A stretch of 64,000 bases of DNA from Octopus sinensis (lineage: Eukaryota): contig NC_042997.1 of NCBI RefSeq assembly GCF_006345805.1, positions 12,586,001 through 12,650,000 of the forward strand. The letters run 5' to 3'. The notes below the pieces were generated by a model. It saw only the letters and a program-made list of their open reading frames with translations, ran no database searches and was not told the origin of the DNA. Below, in pieces: positions 38,171 to 50,663 of the stretch (positions are counted from its first letter, which is position 1; the number at the start of each line of letters is the position of its first letter). The translations under genes were made by a program, and so were the position numbers.

Positions 38171-39345
38171 GAATCATTGTGAACAACGCGAGAAACAAAT
38201 GACTTGACCACAAAACATAAGAACATTTACAGCCATCGACATCAAAAAACCTACATTTCAAACAATGGATCTTCATTAATGATTTAACAAATAAAAATTC
38301 TTCAGTTAATTGAACAAACACAACCGCTAAACTATAAAGGACCATTTGCTCTGATTAAAATAGAATTTCAAGTATTTGCGCCATAATCAGTCGATCATAA
38401 AATACAAATACCTGAACGTGGATAGAAAATCTAGATATTCACTCATTCACAAGCAAAACCTTAAAAAATATGAATGAAATACATATGTTCCCAATGAAAT
38501 AGAGAATAAATCATAAAATTTTTGTTTTCAAAAGACAACACCTTTAATCTGTAACAGATCCTTGATACCAACCAACATTTCAAGCACTTTGGCTGTTATT
38601 AGTCAATGATTATCATACAGCCGTAAATATCTAAAAAGCGGATGTTCTCAATGTCTGTGTGTCTGTGTGTCTGTTTTCTCCCCCGCTATCTCACACACAC
38701 ACAGAAGAGCCAGCCACCCAAATACTATAATACTATACAAGAAGCAAATGCTCTCCTTATAAAATACAAGCTAAAATTTTTAATCAGTATAACAAACAAA
38801 TTTCTGTGAGCAACATGAAAACTTCTTGGCCATGAAAATCCATTAACAATAGAAATATCCTTATTAGTTTGATAGTTATGCGAACTCACACCAATCCTAT
38901 CTTTATTAATTACCCAAATTTTGACTAAAACTACTAGGAATGGCCTAGATCATTCTGAAACAAAAGTGAGAAAAGAACAGCCTTTTACTAGAATAACAGA
39001 TAAATATACAACGAATAAACAAATACGTAACCATATAGAAATATGCTAAAAAAAATATACACGATATACGATTCCACACATGCACATACACAAAAACTAA
39101 TGAGGAAAATAATCAATAGACAAAAGCAAAATGCAAGCTAAAGAACAAACACAGGCATGACTCAAGTTCCACCGAGACAGATTTAAATACACCACCAAAA
39201 CCAAATTTTCAGATGATCATTTTAATGGCATGAAAGTCGACTCTTGCCATAAACATTCTGTTTCAATAAACAATAATATCTCCATGTTTTAAGTATTCCT
39301 TCATTTATAGCCTGGAACAATCTAACGTCCAAATTTGTATGTATT

Positions 39346-39741
39346 ACTCTCTTTTTACTCTCTTTTACTTGTTTCAGTCATTTGACTGCGGCCATGCTGG
39401 AGCACCGCCTTTAGTCGAGTAAATCGACCCCGGGACTTATTCTTTGTAAGCCCAGTACTTATTCTATCGGTCTCTTTTGCCGAACCGCTAAGTAACGGGT
39501 ACGTAAACACACCAGCATCGGTTGTCAAGCAATGCTAGGGGGACAAACACAGACACACAAACACACACACACATACATATATACGACAGGCTTCTTTCAG
39601 TTTCCGTCTACCAAATCCACTCACAAGGCATTGGTCGGCCCGGGGCTATAGCAGAAGACACTTGCCCAAGATGCCACGCAGTGGGACTGAACCCGGAACC
39701 ATGTGGTTGGTTAGCAAGCTACTTACCACACAGCCACTCCT
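39346..39741 (-). mobile_element. SINE-A, full length
   Basis: Family match. Confidence 0.9.
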
Positions 39742-39839
39742 GTATGCATACATACTACATACATGCATGCATGCATACATCATACATACATACATACATA
39801 CATACATACATACATACATACATACATAATGGAAGACCA

Positions 39840-40240
39840 TTAGCAACGTGATGATACTTATTGCTTGCAAACAAGCAAATTATGATATGTCTCATCTACA
39901 AAAAGTGAAGTAGGAGATAGAACTCATGTCTTGAGATGGTGAAAAAGAGAACACTCAGTTGCAAACGGATCACCCCCAAGTAGGAGGTAAAAGCTGTCAG
40001 TGCGAAAATCCGACGTCAAAAGAGAATAACTGAGAGAAAAACAAAACACAAAAAATTTAACCGGAACCAGGCAGAAATGTAAAGAGACACGAAAGGAGAA
40101 GCACTAAACATCATAGAAACTCCTCCACGAGAAGACATAGATTTGTTCTGGAGGAATATCTGGAGCGAGGAGAAGGAATTTAACCAAGAAACTATGTAAC
40201 TGGAAGAAATCCGAATGAGATATTATTCCTGCATTACACC
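39840..40240 (+). pseudogene. R4/Dong-like pre-RT region relic
   Basis: KAVSAKIRRQKRITERK...KFNRNQ...ETPPREDIDLFWRNIWSEEKEFN. Confidence 0.55.
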
Positions 40241-40258
40241 CATGATATGGCAAAAACG

Positions 40259-40355
40259 AGTAGTACCTGTATTTCAAAGGCCAGTCTTATCACACTCTCC
40301 CTGATAAGTACGTTAAGGGTACATGTGTCTGTGGAGTGCTCAGCCACTTGCACGT
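40259..40355 (+). mobile_element. Fragment of the SINE-C shared 3' module
   Basis: GTACCTGTATTTCAAAGG...TACGTTAAGGGTACATGTGTCTGTGGAGTGCTCAGCCAC. Confidence 0.7.
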
Positions 40356-40380
40356 ATATATATATATATATATATATACA

Positions 40381-40622
40381 TACCTAATTTACTGTCAGAT
40401 ATAAGAGGAGGAAACAATGTAGATATGTTGGTTTCCATCATTGTTGTACATTTGTTTAACAATGGTTTTCCTTTATGATTGAAGTCTATGCGGTCATCTG
40501 ACGAGAACGGTCTGGCTTCAATCATAAAGGGAAGACCATTTTTTAACAAATTTGCAGCAATAATGGAAACCAAAATATTTCCATTGTTTCCTTTTCTTAT
40601 ATCTGTGACAATTTATCAGGTA
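40381..40622. mobile_element. Palindromic MITE/foldback, ~240 bp, with TA ends
   Basis: TACCTAATTTACTGTCAGATATAAGA and TCTTATATCTGTGACAATTTATCAGGTA; ~105-bp arms around a ~30-nt loop. Confidence 0.75.
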
Positions 40623-40718
40623 CAAACACCCCTACACTGAGTCATGATATTCAATATTCAAAGAATATTGTTGAAGGGGTGCAGCTTATACAATTTACGT
40701 ACCTAATTCAACTGAATC

Positions 40719-40769
<51 letters not shown>

Positions 40770-41228
40770 ATATAATATATATATATATATATACAGGTAT
40801 ATAACATCTATCTAAATATTTATATACATGCCTCTTGTGTGTATGTGTGCGCGCGTGTGTGTGTGTACATACATATTTAGAGGTGCGTGTTGCTAGTGTG
40901 CGTGTGTGCTTATACATGTAATTTTATAAATGTGATAAATGGGCTAAACGCTATGCACTGCTTCAGAACTATACTGAAAAATACACTGTAAAACTAAACA
41001 AAAAAAGAAAAAAAAGAAAACAAAGATAAATTTTAAAAATCAGTAAGTAAATAGATACTTATAAAGTGGTTGTATACTGTCAACTTAACGTGAAAGTCCT
41101 GTAAGGGAATTACACCACCGCTGTTTAGCCCTAGGAAGCATTGACGCTTTCTGTCGGCCTTGACACGTTTCCTGTGTCCTTATATATTTACGAAGGGGAG
41201 ACAAACACCCCCAACAGCTAGGCCTGCA

Positions 41229-41274
41229 TCTAGAGACATGCATGTTTCTGGGTCTTGCCCATCATCAGTCTAGA
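41229..41274 (-). ncRNA. Type I hammerhead ribozyme, canonical core
   Basis: TCTAGA-CTGATGA-TGGG caaga CCCA-GAAA-CATGCATG-TC-TCTAGA; GUC site at 41235; palindromic stem III; stem I extends further. Confidence 0.85.
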
Positions 41275-41452
41275 GTAGCAGAGGCCTGCTAACTGAAGGT
41301 ATTTGTCTAGACTTCGTAAATATATATATATTTTTTCAGTGAATTCGCTAATAAAGTTTTCCCGCAATAGTGAAATTGTTCATTTTTAACATAAGAAAAC
41401 ATTTTACAGAAATATTTCCCGTCTCCTTGTTTCATATAATTTCTGCAAATGT

Positions 41453-41527
<75 letters not shown>

Positions 41528-41964
41528 CAGGTATATAACATCTATCTAAATATTTATATACATGCCTCTTGTGTGTATGTGTGCGCGCGTGTGTGTGTGT
41601 GTACATACATATTTAGAGGTGCGTGTTGCTAGTGTGCGTGTGTGCTTATACATGTAATTTTATAAATGTGATAAATGGGCTAAACGCTATGCACTTGCTT
41701 CAGAACTATACTGAAAAATACACTGTAAAACTAAACAAAAAAAGAAAAAAAAGAAAACAAAGATAAATTTTAAAAATCAGTAAGTAAATAGATACTTATA
41801 AAGTGGTTGTATACTGTCAACTTAACGTGAAAGTCCTGTAAGGGAATTACACCACCGCTGTTTAGCCCTAGGAAGCATTGACGCTTTCTGTCGGCCTTGA
41901 CACGTTTCCTGTGTCCTTATATATTTACGAAGGGGAGACAAACACCCCCAACAGCTAGGCTGCA

Positions 41965-42009
41965 TCTAGAGACATGCATGTTCTGGGTCTTGCCCATCAT
42001 CAGTCTAGA
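41965..42009 (-). ncRNA. Second copy of that HHR, with GAAA reduced to GAA
   Basis: Same sequence lacking one T in TTTC (+ strand). Confidence 0.6.
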
Positions 42010-42184
42010 GTAGCAGAGGCCTGCTAACTGAAGGTATTTGTCTAGACTTCGTAAATATATATATATTTTTTCAGTGAATTCGCTAATAAAGTTTTCCCGC
42101 AATAGTGAAATTGTTCATTTTTAACATAAGAAAACATTTTACAGAAATATTTTCCCGTCTCCTTGTTTCATATAATTTCTGCAA

Positions 42185-42219
<35 letters not shown>

Positions 42220-43261
42220 TGTCAGCAATTTTAAAGATAAAAAATATAGGGTACAGAAATATTCTTATGAAATATGCATGCCTTCATGCAGGCATACTTG
42301 CATACATACATGCGTATCTATATGGACACACACACACATACACACACACAAGCATTATGTTTGTATATGTGATTTTGGTATGTGGTGATTGAAGTAAGAA
42401 AATTAATATAAATGATAAGAATATGAACGTCTGCTATTCATTTCACAAAAGGAAAAATTGAAAAAAAAAAAAATGCCGTGAAGAAATAGTTTACAATGAA
42501 GGCAATTTCTGAATCTTACGAATGAATTTTACCTTAAATTTAATTTTAATGTATCGGGGTAGAAGTTCTATATATTTTAGTAAGGATGATGATGCCCATG
42601 AACAATGTATCCTTGTTTTGCTATCTTCGTATATTTTAGACATCACATAATTGATTTGATTAACGGGCATAAATTTTTGAAGAGCAAAAGTATTTTCGGC
42701 CATTATAAATGTGCATAATACCAAAAAAAATATAAGCAAAGTGAATTATTTTAAATAGAGCAAAGGCATGAATTTAAATATTTGAGAGAATTGGTTGGTG
42801 ATAGACGAAATGACGTAGGGGGATATACAAGTTTCTGGTCATAATACATGTACATAATAACTCTAAAAGAGCAAAGTGAATTAACTGAAGCCATAGAAAA
42901 GTATGAATTTAAAAACCTCTTATAGCTGGTGTCATGTTAAATGTTGTAGGGATATAATAAATTTATGAATTTAATTTGAGTCATAGTAGGATTGAAAACA
43001 AAGAGTATCTCTGAAGAAGAGTGAGAATGGTTAAAAGAAATTTAAAAACTATTTCGCAGGTAATTGAATTTGCAAGCTTTGTTTGAAAAAATATGGCTGC
43101 TATTGACTGATTTCCGGTTTATGAGAAGTTACAGATGGAGCATAGACTAACTATTGTTCATTTTATTGGTAGAAGTTACGTAAGTATAACGGGCCGTCAC
43201 ACAGATTTTTATAAGCAGAAATTCTGTGGAGGACCGTTATGTATAAATATGCATACATACA

Positions 43262-43294
<33 letters not shown>

Positions 43295-43359
43295 TAAAAT
43301 ATATATGCATATGTAAAAACATACATACACGCACATACATGCTTATGAGGCTGCAGATT

Positions 43360-43830
43360 TGTAATGTGTATTGGGCATTTTGTTTTCTAAGCTTTCAGAC
43401 GTACTCAGCCAGGAAGCTAGAGTGGTTTTTGAATGAGAGGACACGCGTGTAAAGGCAATTCTTCAAGTTCTTGTCCGTCGCGTTTATATATTCCCTTGTA
43501 GTTGCTCTGGTAACCACTTGAGTTATGTAAACGATGTTTCTGGCGAGATAGTTTCTTTTCAAATGGCACACGGGTGTATTTTCTTAATTATAATTTTTCG
43601 TTGTAGGGAATCCTCCGCTAGTAGGATTGGACTTATTAATGTTTGGTATTGTTCCGGAGTCAGCGGTAGAAGTACTTCTAGGAGATGTCAAAGAATGATT
43701 GTAGTTTGAGTAGCCAGTTAGGTTCCAGTGATAGTCACTCAGCAGCTATATAAGAGAAATTGTGGGAGGATGATGTTGTGGGTCAGGACCCCAGTAATTT
43801 AGAGGTTGACCTTTAGATATTCAAAGCTGC
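43360..43830 (-). pseudogene. Degenerate GIY-YIG region of a second PLE type (Naiad-like)
   Basis: CHLKRNYLARNIVYITQV...REYINATDKNLK...SFKN...LAEYV*KLRKQNAQY resembles CPL.G.CL..NIVY...EYIG.T...FK.R...H..SF...LS.YIW.LK. Confidence 0.55.
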
Positions 43831-43848
43831 ACAACATCAATATATTAA

Positions 43849-44122
43849 CTCTTTTACTCTTTTACTTGTTTCAGTCGTTTGAATGTGGACATGCTGGAGC
43901 ACTCCCTTTAGTCGAGCAAATCGACCCCAGAACTTATTCTTTGTAAGCCTAGTACTTATTCTATCTGGTATCTTATGCCGAACCGCTAAGTTACGGGAAC
44001 GTAAACACACCGGCATCGGTTGTCAAGCGATGTTGGGGGGACAAAGACAGACATACAAATATATACACATACATACATACATACATTATACATACATACA
44101 TACATACATACATTATACATAC

Positions 44123-44155
<33 letters not shown>

Positions 44156-44312
44156 CGATGGGCTTCTTTCAGTTTCCGTATAACAAATACGCTCACAAGG
44201 CTTTGGTCGGCTTGAGGCTATTGCAGAAGACACTTGCCGAAGGCACCATGCAGTGGGAATGAACCCGGAAACATTGGTTCGTAAGCAAGCTACTTACCAC
44301 ACAGCCACTCCT
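43849..44312 (-). mobile_element. SINE-A, full length
   Basis: Family match; TATATTAA on both flanks. Confidence 0.85.
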
Positions 44313-45073
44313 AGTATATATTAAAAAAAATATTTGGTAATATTTGTGATAGAATGGAAAGTTGGTTTTAAGGAGAGAGATGAAAATCGTGCGTAGATGA
44401 GTTTCAACCTGGCGATTATGTGGATAATTACACCAGATAATCTTTCTGATTCTATATTCCTCTTAATGCAGCACTATTGGAATTGCCGGTAATGTTATTA
44501 ATGTAAACTATGTATCACACTATTGCTCTGATTTAGCTGTAAGGTGATACACAAACACTAAACTGTGAGTGAATTGTATCTTACAGCAGAAACAACTGTA
44601 AGGTGATAAAATTAGTGACATAATTTTTTCATTCCTTTCTCATTTCGATTCCTTATATGTACGTGTGTAGGTATTTATATGTATGTATGCACATATGCAT
44701 GTATGTATGTGTGTGTATATATACGTGTATACACGCAACTATTTACATTTATCTTTATATACACGTACATGATATTTATGCACGTGTATATATGATATAC
44801 ATATATATATATATATATATAATATATATATATATGTGTGTGTGTGTTGTGTGTGTGTGTGTGTATGTGTGTGCGTGTGTGTGTCTGTGTATGTGTATAT
44901 GATATATATATATATGTACATTTATATGCATATATATATATCTCATATATATACACTCACCTCACTAAGCGAGCCTGGTGTGGTTGTCAGTTTAGTCGCC
45001 GACGATTCGACCCTGCAGCTGGTTGTACTGGGTTACATGTCACCAGTAGCACTCTAGAGCGACCTGGCATAGG

Positions 45074-45106
<33 letters not shown>

Positions 45107-45654
45107 CACAGCACACACATAGCACACACACAGCACACACACACACGCACACACACACACACACACACTCATATATAATTAGAATACCTAGATACGTTTT
45201 GGGCCAGCATTGACCCAGGTAATGGCTAAACTAATAGCACTATCTGGAGAAGACGTTTAATAATGCTTCATATGACACTCAAAATTACGTCTTACGCCAT
45301 TATTTATATGCAACCTCTACTGGCTGTATATCATCGACATATTGCACACAGCACCTGCCAATTATATATATTGCAAATATTACGTAATTCTGAACCCCTA
45401 GATAGAGTTGTCGGGCTTGAAATACCAAGCACCTCCCTTTAGTTTTATGTATCTTTTGTGCTACATGTAAATTTGTTCTTTAAATATACAGGAGTGTTCA
45501 TTTTCGAATATTTTCAGATTTTGCTTCTTTGTTTATGTCCCTATATATTTACATGTGCCTATGCATGTATGCATGTTTTATATATCAAGCCAAAGCATGT
45601 TTATGTGCATCAGCATCACTTACTCTCTCCCCCTTTCTCCGAAACTCTCTCTGT

Positions 45655-45692
<38 letters not shown>

Positions 45693-46012
45693 CGGGAAGC
45701 TTTATGAAAATAAACAAAAGACGAAGGCAGGTGGAAAACAAACGAACAATTGTATTAGTATGGCGCTCAGGAAATATAAATAAAACAAGTCTTTAACTGT
45801 TCGAGCCTACGCTCTTCAACAGAAAGATACAGAGAGAGAGAAAAACACAGAAAGAAGGAGAGAAGAAAAATGCGTGCAGTAGCTAACGAATCAACATGGC
45901 GATCTGATTTCGGCCAGAGGTCAAAGATCAAACATGAGACGCGAGAGCGAAATAAGGGGAGATAATAGGGTTGATAAACGGGTTGAGGGACCAGCTAAAA
46001 GTGCGTGGGAGG

Positions 46013-46330
46013 GGTCTGGATGTGTGTATGTATAGGGTTGGTGTATGTATTAGTATGTATAAGGGTGTGTGTGTGTGTGTGTGTGTGTATGAGAGAGTAT
46101 TAGTGCGTAAGATTGGTCTGGACGTGCGTATGTATGGGGTTGGTGTATGTATTTATGTATTAGTATGTATTAGTACGTATTGGTATGTATAGGTATGTGT
46201 GTGTGTGTGTGAGAGAGTATAAGTGCGTATGCGGGGTCTGGACGTGTGTATGTATAGGGTTGGTGTAAGTATTAGTATGTACTAGTATGTATTAGTACGT
46301 ATTAGTATGTATTAGTTGGTGTGTGTATTA
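46013..46330. repeat. Three ~100-120-bp minisatellite units in the PLE 3' region
   Basis: GGTCTGGA(T/C)GTG starts at 46013, 46115 and 46235. Confidence 0.85.
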
Positions 46331-46699
46331 GTATGGCACATCATATGTGATGTGATGTGTAAAGTCATGTGGTGTAGTGAGGAGAAGAGGGCAAGAAGGG
46401 GAGAAGAGGGGGAGAAGGGGGGAAGAAGAGGGGGAGGAGAAGGGGGAAAAGGAGAGGATGGGGGAGAAGGAAGGGGAGGAGGGGGATGAGGAGGAAAGAG
46501 GGAGAGGGGGAGAGAGAAGGGGAGTGAGGGAGCAGAGGAAAGGGGCGAGGGAGGGAGAAAGAGGGAAGAAGGGAAGGGGAGTAGGGGTGAAAGGATGAAG
46601 GACTGAAGAAGTAGGGGTCGGGGGATAAAGGATGTGAGGAGGGGGGGAGAGAGGGGTGTTAGATGAGTGAGGAGGGGGGGAGAGTTGAACCAAATGGCG

Positions 46700-48340
46700 T
46701 ATAAGAGCGAAGAGAGAAGATTAATTCCTGTTCACGGCGCAAACGGGAATCCGGATGGCCTCTGTGTAAGGACAAACCGAACACAGATAGGTGTTGCAAG
46801 GAGTGACCGGTGGAGCGAAATGGCGTGAGACCGGTGTCGTTCGCAAGGTGGATGTCACGAAGGTGTTCCGCGAACCGGTCAGCCAAGCGGCGTCCCGTTT
46901 GTCCGATGTACAAGGAATTGCAGAGAGAGCAAGAGATGCAATAGATAATATTGCTGGCGTGCAGGTGAAGGAGTGATGATGGGATAGGGTCGATGGTGGG
47001 TGCTAGTGAGGCGGGTGGTGTTGGAGAGGTAAGGGCAAGTGCGGCAACGTGGGCGGGAGCAGGGGAACGAGCCGGGTTGGGAGGTAGGGTCAGGGAAGGA
47101 GCTATGGACCAAAGGTCTCGAAGGTTGTGGGCTCGTTTGAAAGAGGGGAGGGGTCAGTTAGGGAAGAGGTGTGAAGTGGACGGGTCGGACTGGAGATGAC
47201 GGAAAGCTCGAAGAATGGTGCGTTGGAGACGTAGGGTCGTGGGGTGGTAAGTGAGGGGAAAAGGGAGGCGGGAGACTACAGGGCGGGTTCGGGGAGAGAG
47301 AGCAGATACACGGTCCACGGACCGTGCTCTGGCAAGGGCGGTGTGGATAGTGGTGAGGGGGTATCCACGTAGGTGAAGTGGTGAGCCATACGTTGAGACT
47401 GAGTCTCAAAGTCATGGTCGTCACTACAGAGCCTACGTAACGGAGGAATTGGGAATAGGGGATGGAAAGCTTGGTGTGTTTCTGGGTGGGAGGAAGAGAA
47501 GTTGAGGTATGAGTGTGAGTCTGTGTGTTTGTAGTGAATGGAGGTGGTAAGAGTGGAGTGAAGAATGCTAACCGAAATGTCGAGGAAGGAGACAGAGGTG
47601 TTGGAGATAGTGGAAGTGAAGTGGACGGCTGGATGGAAAGATTGGACGAAAGAGAGGAAGGAATCTAGATGTTCGCGGGAGAGTGAGGTGGCACCGATAA
47701 TGTCGTCAATATAACGACCATATAGTTCAGGAGTGGGACCAGTGAAATTAGGGAATATTTGGGCCTCAACATAGCCAACGAACAGGTTCGCATATTTGGG
47801 GCCCATTCGCGTTCCCATGGCCACTCCCGAGACCTGATGGTAGAACTCGCCCGCGAACGAGAAGCAGTTCAGAGTAAGGACAAGTTCGGCCAGACGAATG
47901 AGTGTGGAGGTGTCAGGTACAGGGTTAGAGCGGAGGTCAAGAAAGTGTCGAAGGGCCTGCAGTCCTTCGTGGTGAGGGATAACAGTATAGAGGCTTTGGA
48001 TGTCCATAGTAAAAAGGATTTTGGAGGAGCCGGGAGGAAAGGAGAAAGAGTTGAAAAGCCGGAGAGCATGGTTGGTATCGTGGATGTGGGAGGGAAGAGA
48101 TGCCACTAGAGGGGCAAGGACACGGTCAAGGTATTTAGAGATGAGCTCCGTGGGGCAGTTACAGGCGGAGACGATGGGGCGGCCAGGGTTGTTGGGTTTG
48201 TGGATTTTGGGGAGGAAGTAAATGGTGGGGGTACGTGGGGTTCGCACAATTAGGTTGGATGCGGTGCGGGGGAGACGGGAGGACGAGATGAGGTCTTGGA
48301 CGGTAGAGGATACCGGCTGTTGGTAGCTACGCCTGGAGAA
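46700..48340 (-). pseudogene. PLE reverse transcriptase and GIY-YIG endonuclease, frameshifted
   Basis: YFLPKIHK...GRPIVS; GVAMGTRMGP.YANLF; RYIDDI; FLDI; HYKHTDSHSYL; Cys linker PCSRPRCRTC; YIGQTGRRLADRFAEH. Confidence 0.92.
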
Positions 48341-48380
48341 GTTGAACCATATATATATATATATATATAATAGATGAGCG

Positions 48381-48520
48381 TAGGAGTGGCTGTGTGGTAA
48401 GTAGCTTGCTTACGAACCACATGCTTCCGGGTTCAGTCCCACTGTGCGACACCTGTGTGTCTACTACTATAGCTTCGGGCCTTGTGAGTGGATTTGGTAG
48501 ACAGAAACTGAAAGAAGCCC

Positions 48521-48572
<52 letters not shown>

Positions 48573-48730
48573 ATGTATATATGTATTTGTATATATATAT
48601 ATATGTATATATAAATATGTTACAATTATTCAAGTCTTTTGTTATCTTACCGTTTTTACCAATATATATATATATATTATTATATATATATAATATATAT
48701 ATATGTATATATGTATATGTATATGTATAC

Positions 48731-48776
<46 letters not shown>

Positions 48777-49051
48777 TATATATATATATTATATATGTAT
48801 ATATATATATATATCTATGTATGTGTGTAGTGTGTGTGTATGTTAGTGCGTCTGTGTTTGTGCCCCAACATTGCTTGACGACCGATGCTGATGTGTTTAC
48901 GTCCCAGTAACTTAGCGGTTCGGCAGAAGTGACCGATATAATAAGTACTAGGCTTACAAAGAATAAGTCCTGGGGTCGATTTGCACGACTAAAGGCGGTG
49001 CTCCAGCATGGCCAAAGTCAAATGACTGAAACAAGTAAAAGAATGAAAGAG
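48381..49051 (+). mobile_element. SINE-A with the internal microsatellite expanded to ~320 bp
   Basis: 5' half at 48381-48520 and 3' half at ~48845-49051, separated by (TA)n. Confidence 0.85.
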
Positions 49052-49847
49052 TAGGTTTATATATATATATGTCTTTGGAAGTTAATTAATTTGAAACATA
49101 TTTACGAATTCAAATTTTGCTGTTACATGGAATTGCATTTTTTAATTTCCCCTTGAGAGTAAGACACTTACCCTATGTTTATGAATGGCTATATTCCTTA
49201 CATGTTTGGCGCAACCAGAGTAGTAGTACTATAGGATTCAATTCTTCGAACTGAAATTCCTCTGAAACTACGCCAATCCTCGCCTCCATAGCTGACGATA
49301 GGTTTTTTCCCTGATTAATAATCTGTCTTTAGTAATCACTTCCTAACCTACCTGGACTTTTACAACATTCTTCCTGTACATGTATATTAAATGTCTCCAC
49401 TAACGATGTGTTTGTATTTCTCTCACTATAACTAACATATTTGCTTTCTCGCTAACCCCTTTTTTCTACCTTTGTCTTTTCTTCTTATTCTCTCTGCTAC
49501 ATCCGCTTTTATTAATATCGGTTATTTAATGCGCTACTCTACACAGTTTCGGAGAAGATTGAGTACAGGATAAACAGCAGATGAAAACACAGCATTTAAA
49601 CAAATAAATTAAGAGAAATAAAGAGAAGATCCATATTCACAGAGAAAAGAATGAATAGACATTTTCACCAATTCTTTATATATGCCTCTCAAGCCAAGCA
49701 CTTTGCATAAATCTTGCGAAACACACCAGTGCAGCAGTTGTCATTATTTTAAGTTACAGTAGCTTATATGCCACCTTAAACACATATCAATGCCAACGTA
49801 TTATCTCAAGATATCTACTCTCTCACTGCATTAGAATTCATTACCAG

Positions 49848-49887
<40 letters not shown>

Positions 49888-49889
49888 CA

Positions 49890-49983
<94 letters not shown>

Positions 49984-50328
49984 GTATATACATATATATG
50001 TATGTAAGTATGTATGCATCAGCAAAATTGCAGTTTTAAGTGATTGCAAGTTTATAGCAGGTGACATTTGGAGAGATTGGTCAACAGAATGAGAACTTGA
50101 TTGTTGTTATTCCATGGTTTCAAAGGCTTTAGTTCGGTTTTCTCATGGGCTTTATACACTTTATACTGTACCTTGCACGCACGGAGATTCATCTGAAAGT
50201 GTGCGTGTGCATGCATCCATGCCTGCATGAATATATTCATGTATATATTATATATATATATATTATATAATATATATAATATATATATATATATTATATA
50301 TATATATATTATATAATAATATAATATA

Positions 50329-50372
<44 letters not shown>

Positions 50373-50549
50373 GTATGTATCTGTATATATGCACACACAC
50401 ACACCACATATATCTATATAGGAGGTGATAGACGATGTACTGGATAGGTATCAGCTCTCTCTTTCTCCACATTTGTCCGTCCGTCAATCTCTCACTATTT
50501 TTCTGTTTTCTTCCCTCTTTCTCTCTCTCCCTCTCTCTCTCTATGTACA

Positions 50550-50663
<114 letters not shown>

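Larger units (their letters stand above)
40793..42187. repeat. Tandem duplication, period ~735 bp (40793-41451 and 41527-42187)
   Basis: The copies differ only by about 5 homopolymer/dinucleotide indels; joined by (TA)n. Confidence 0.95.
45692..48350 (-). mobile_element. 5'-truncated Penelope-like element (Neptune-like) inserted in (TA)n
   Basis: RT plus GIY-YIG ORF, long low-complexity 3' region, terminus with an HHR-like motif at 45790-45827; (TA)n on both sides. Confidence 0.9.

Noticed and set aside
46683-48349. AGTTGAACCA at both 46683 and 48340 as a possible TSD
   Set aside because: The left copy is inside the PLE (ORF end), so it is not a flank; possibly microhomology or chance
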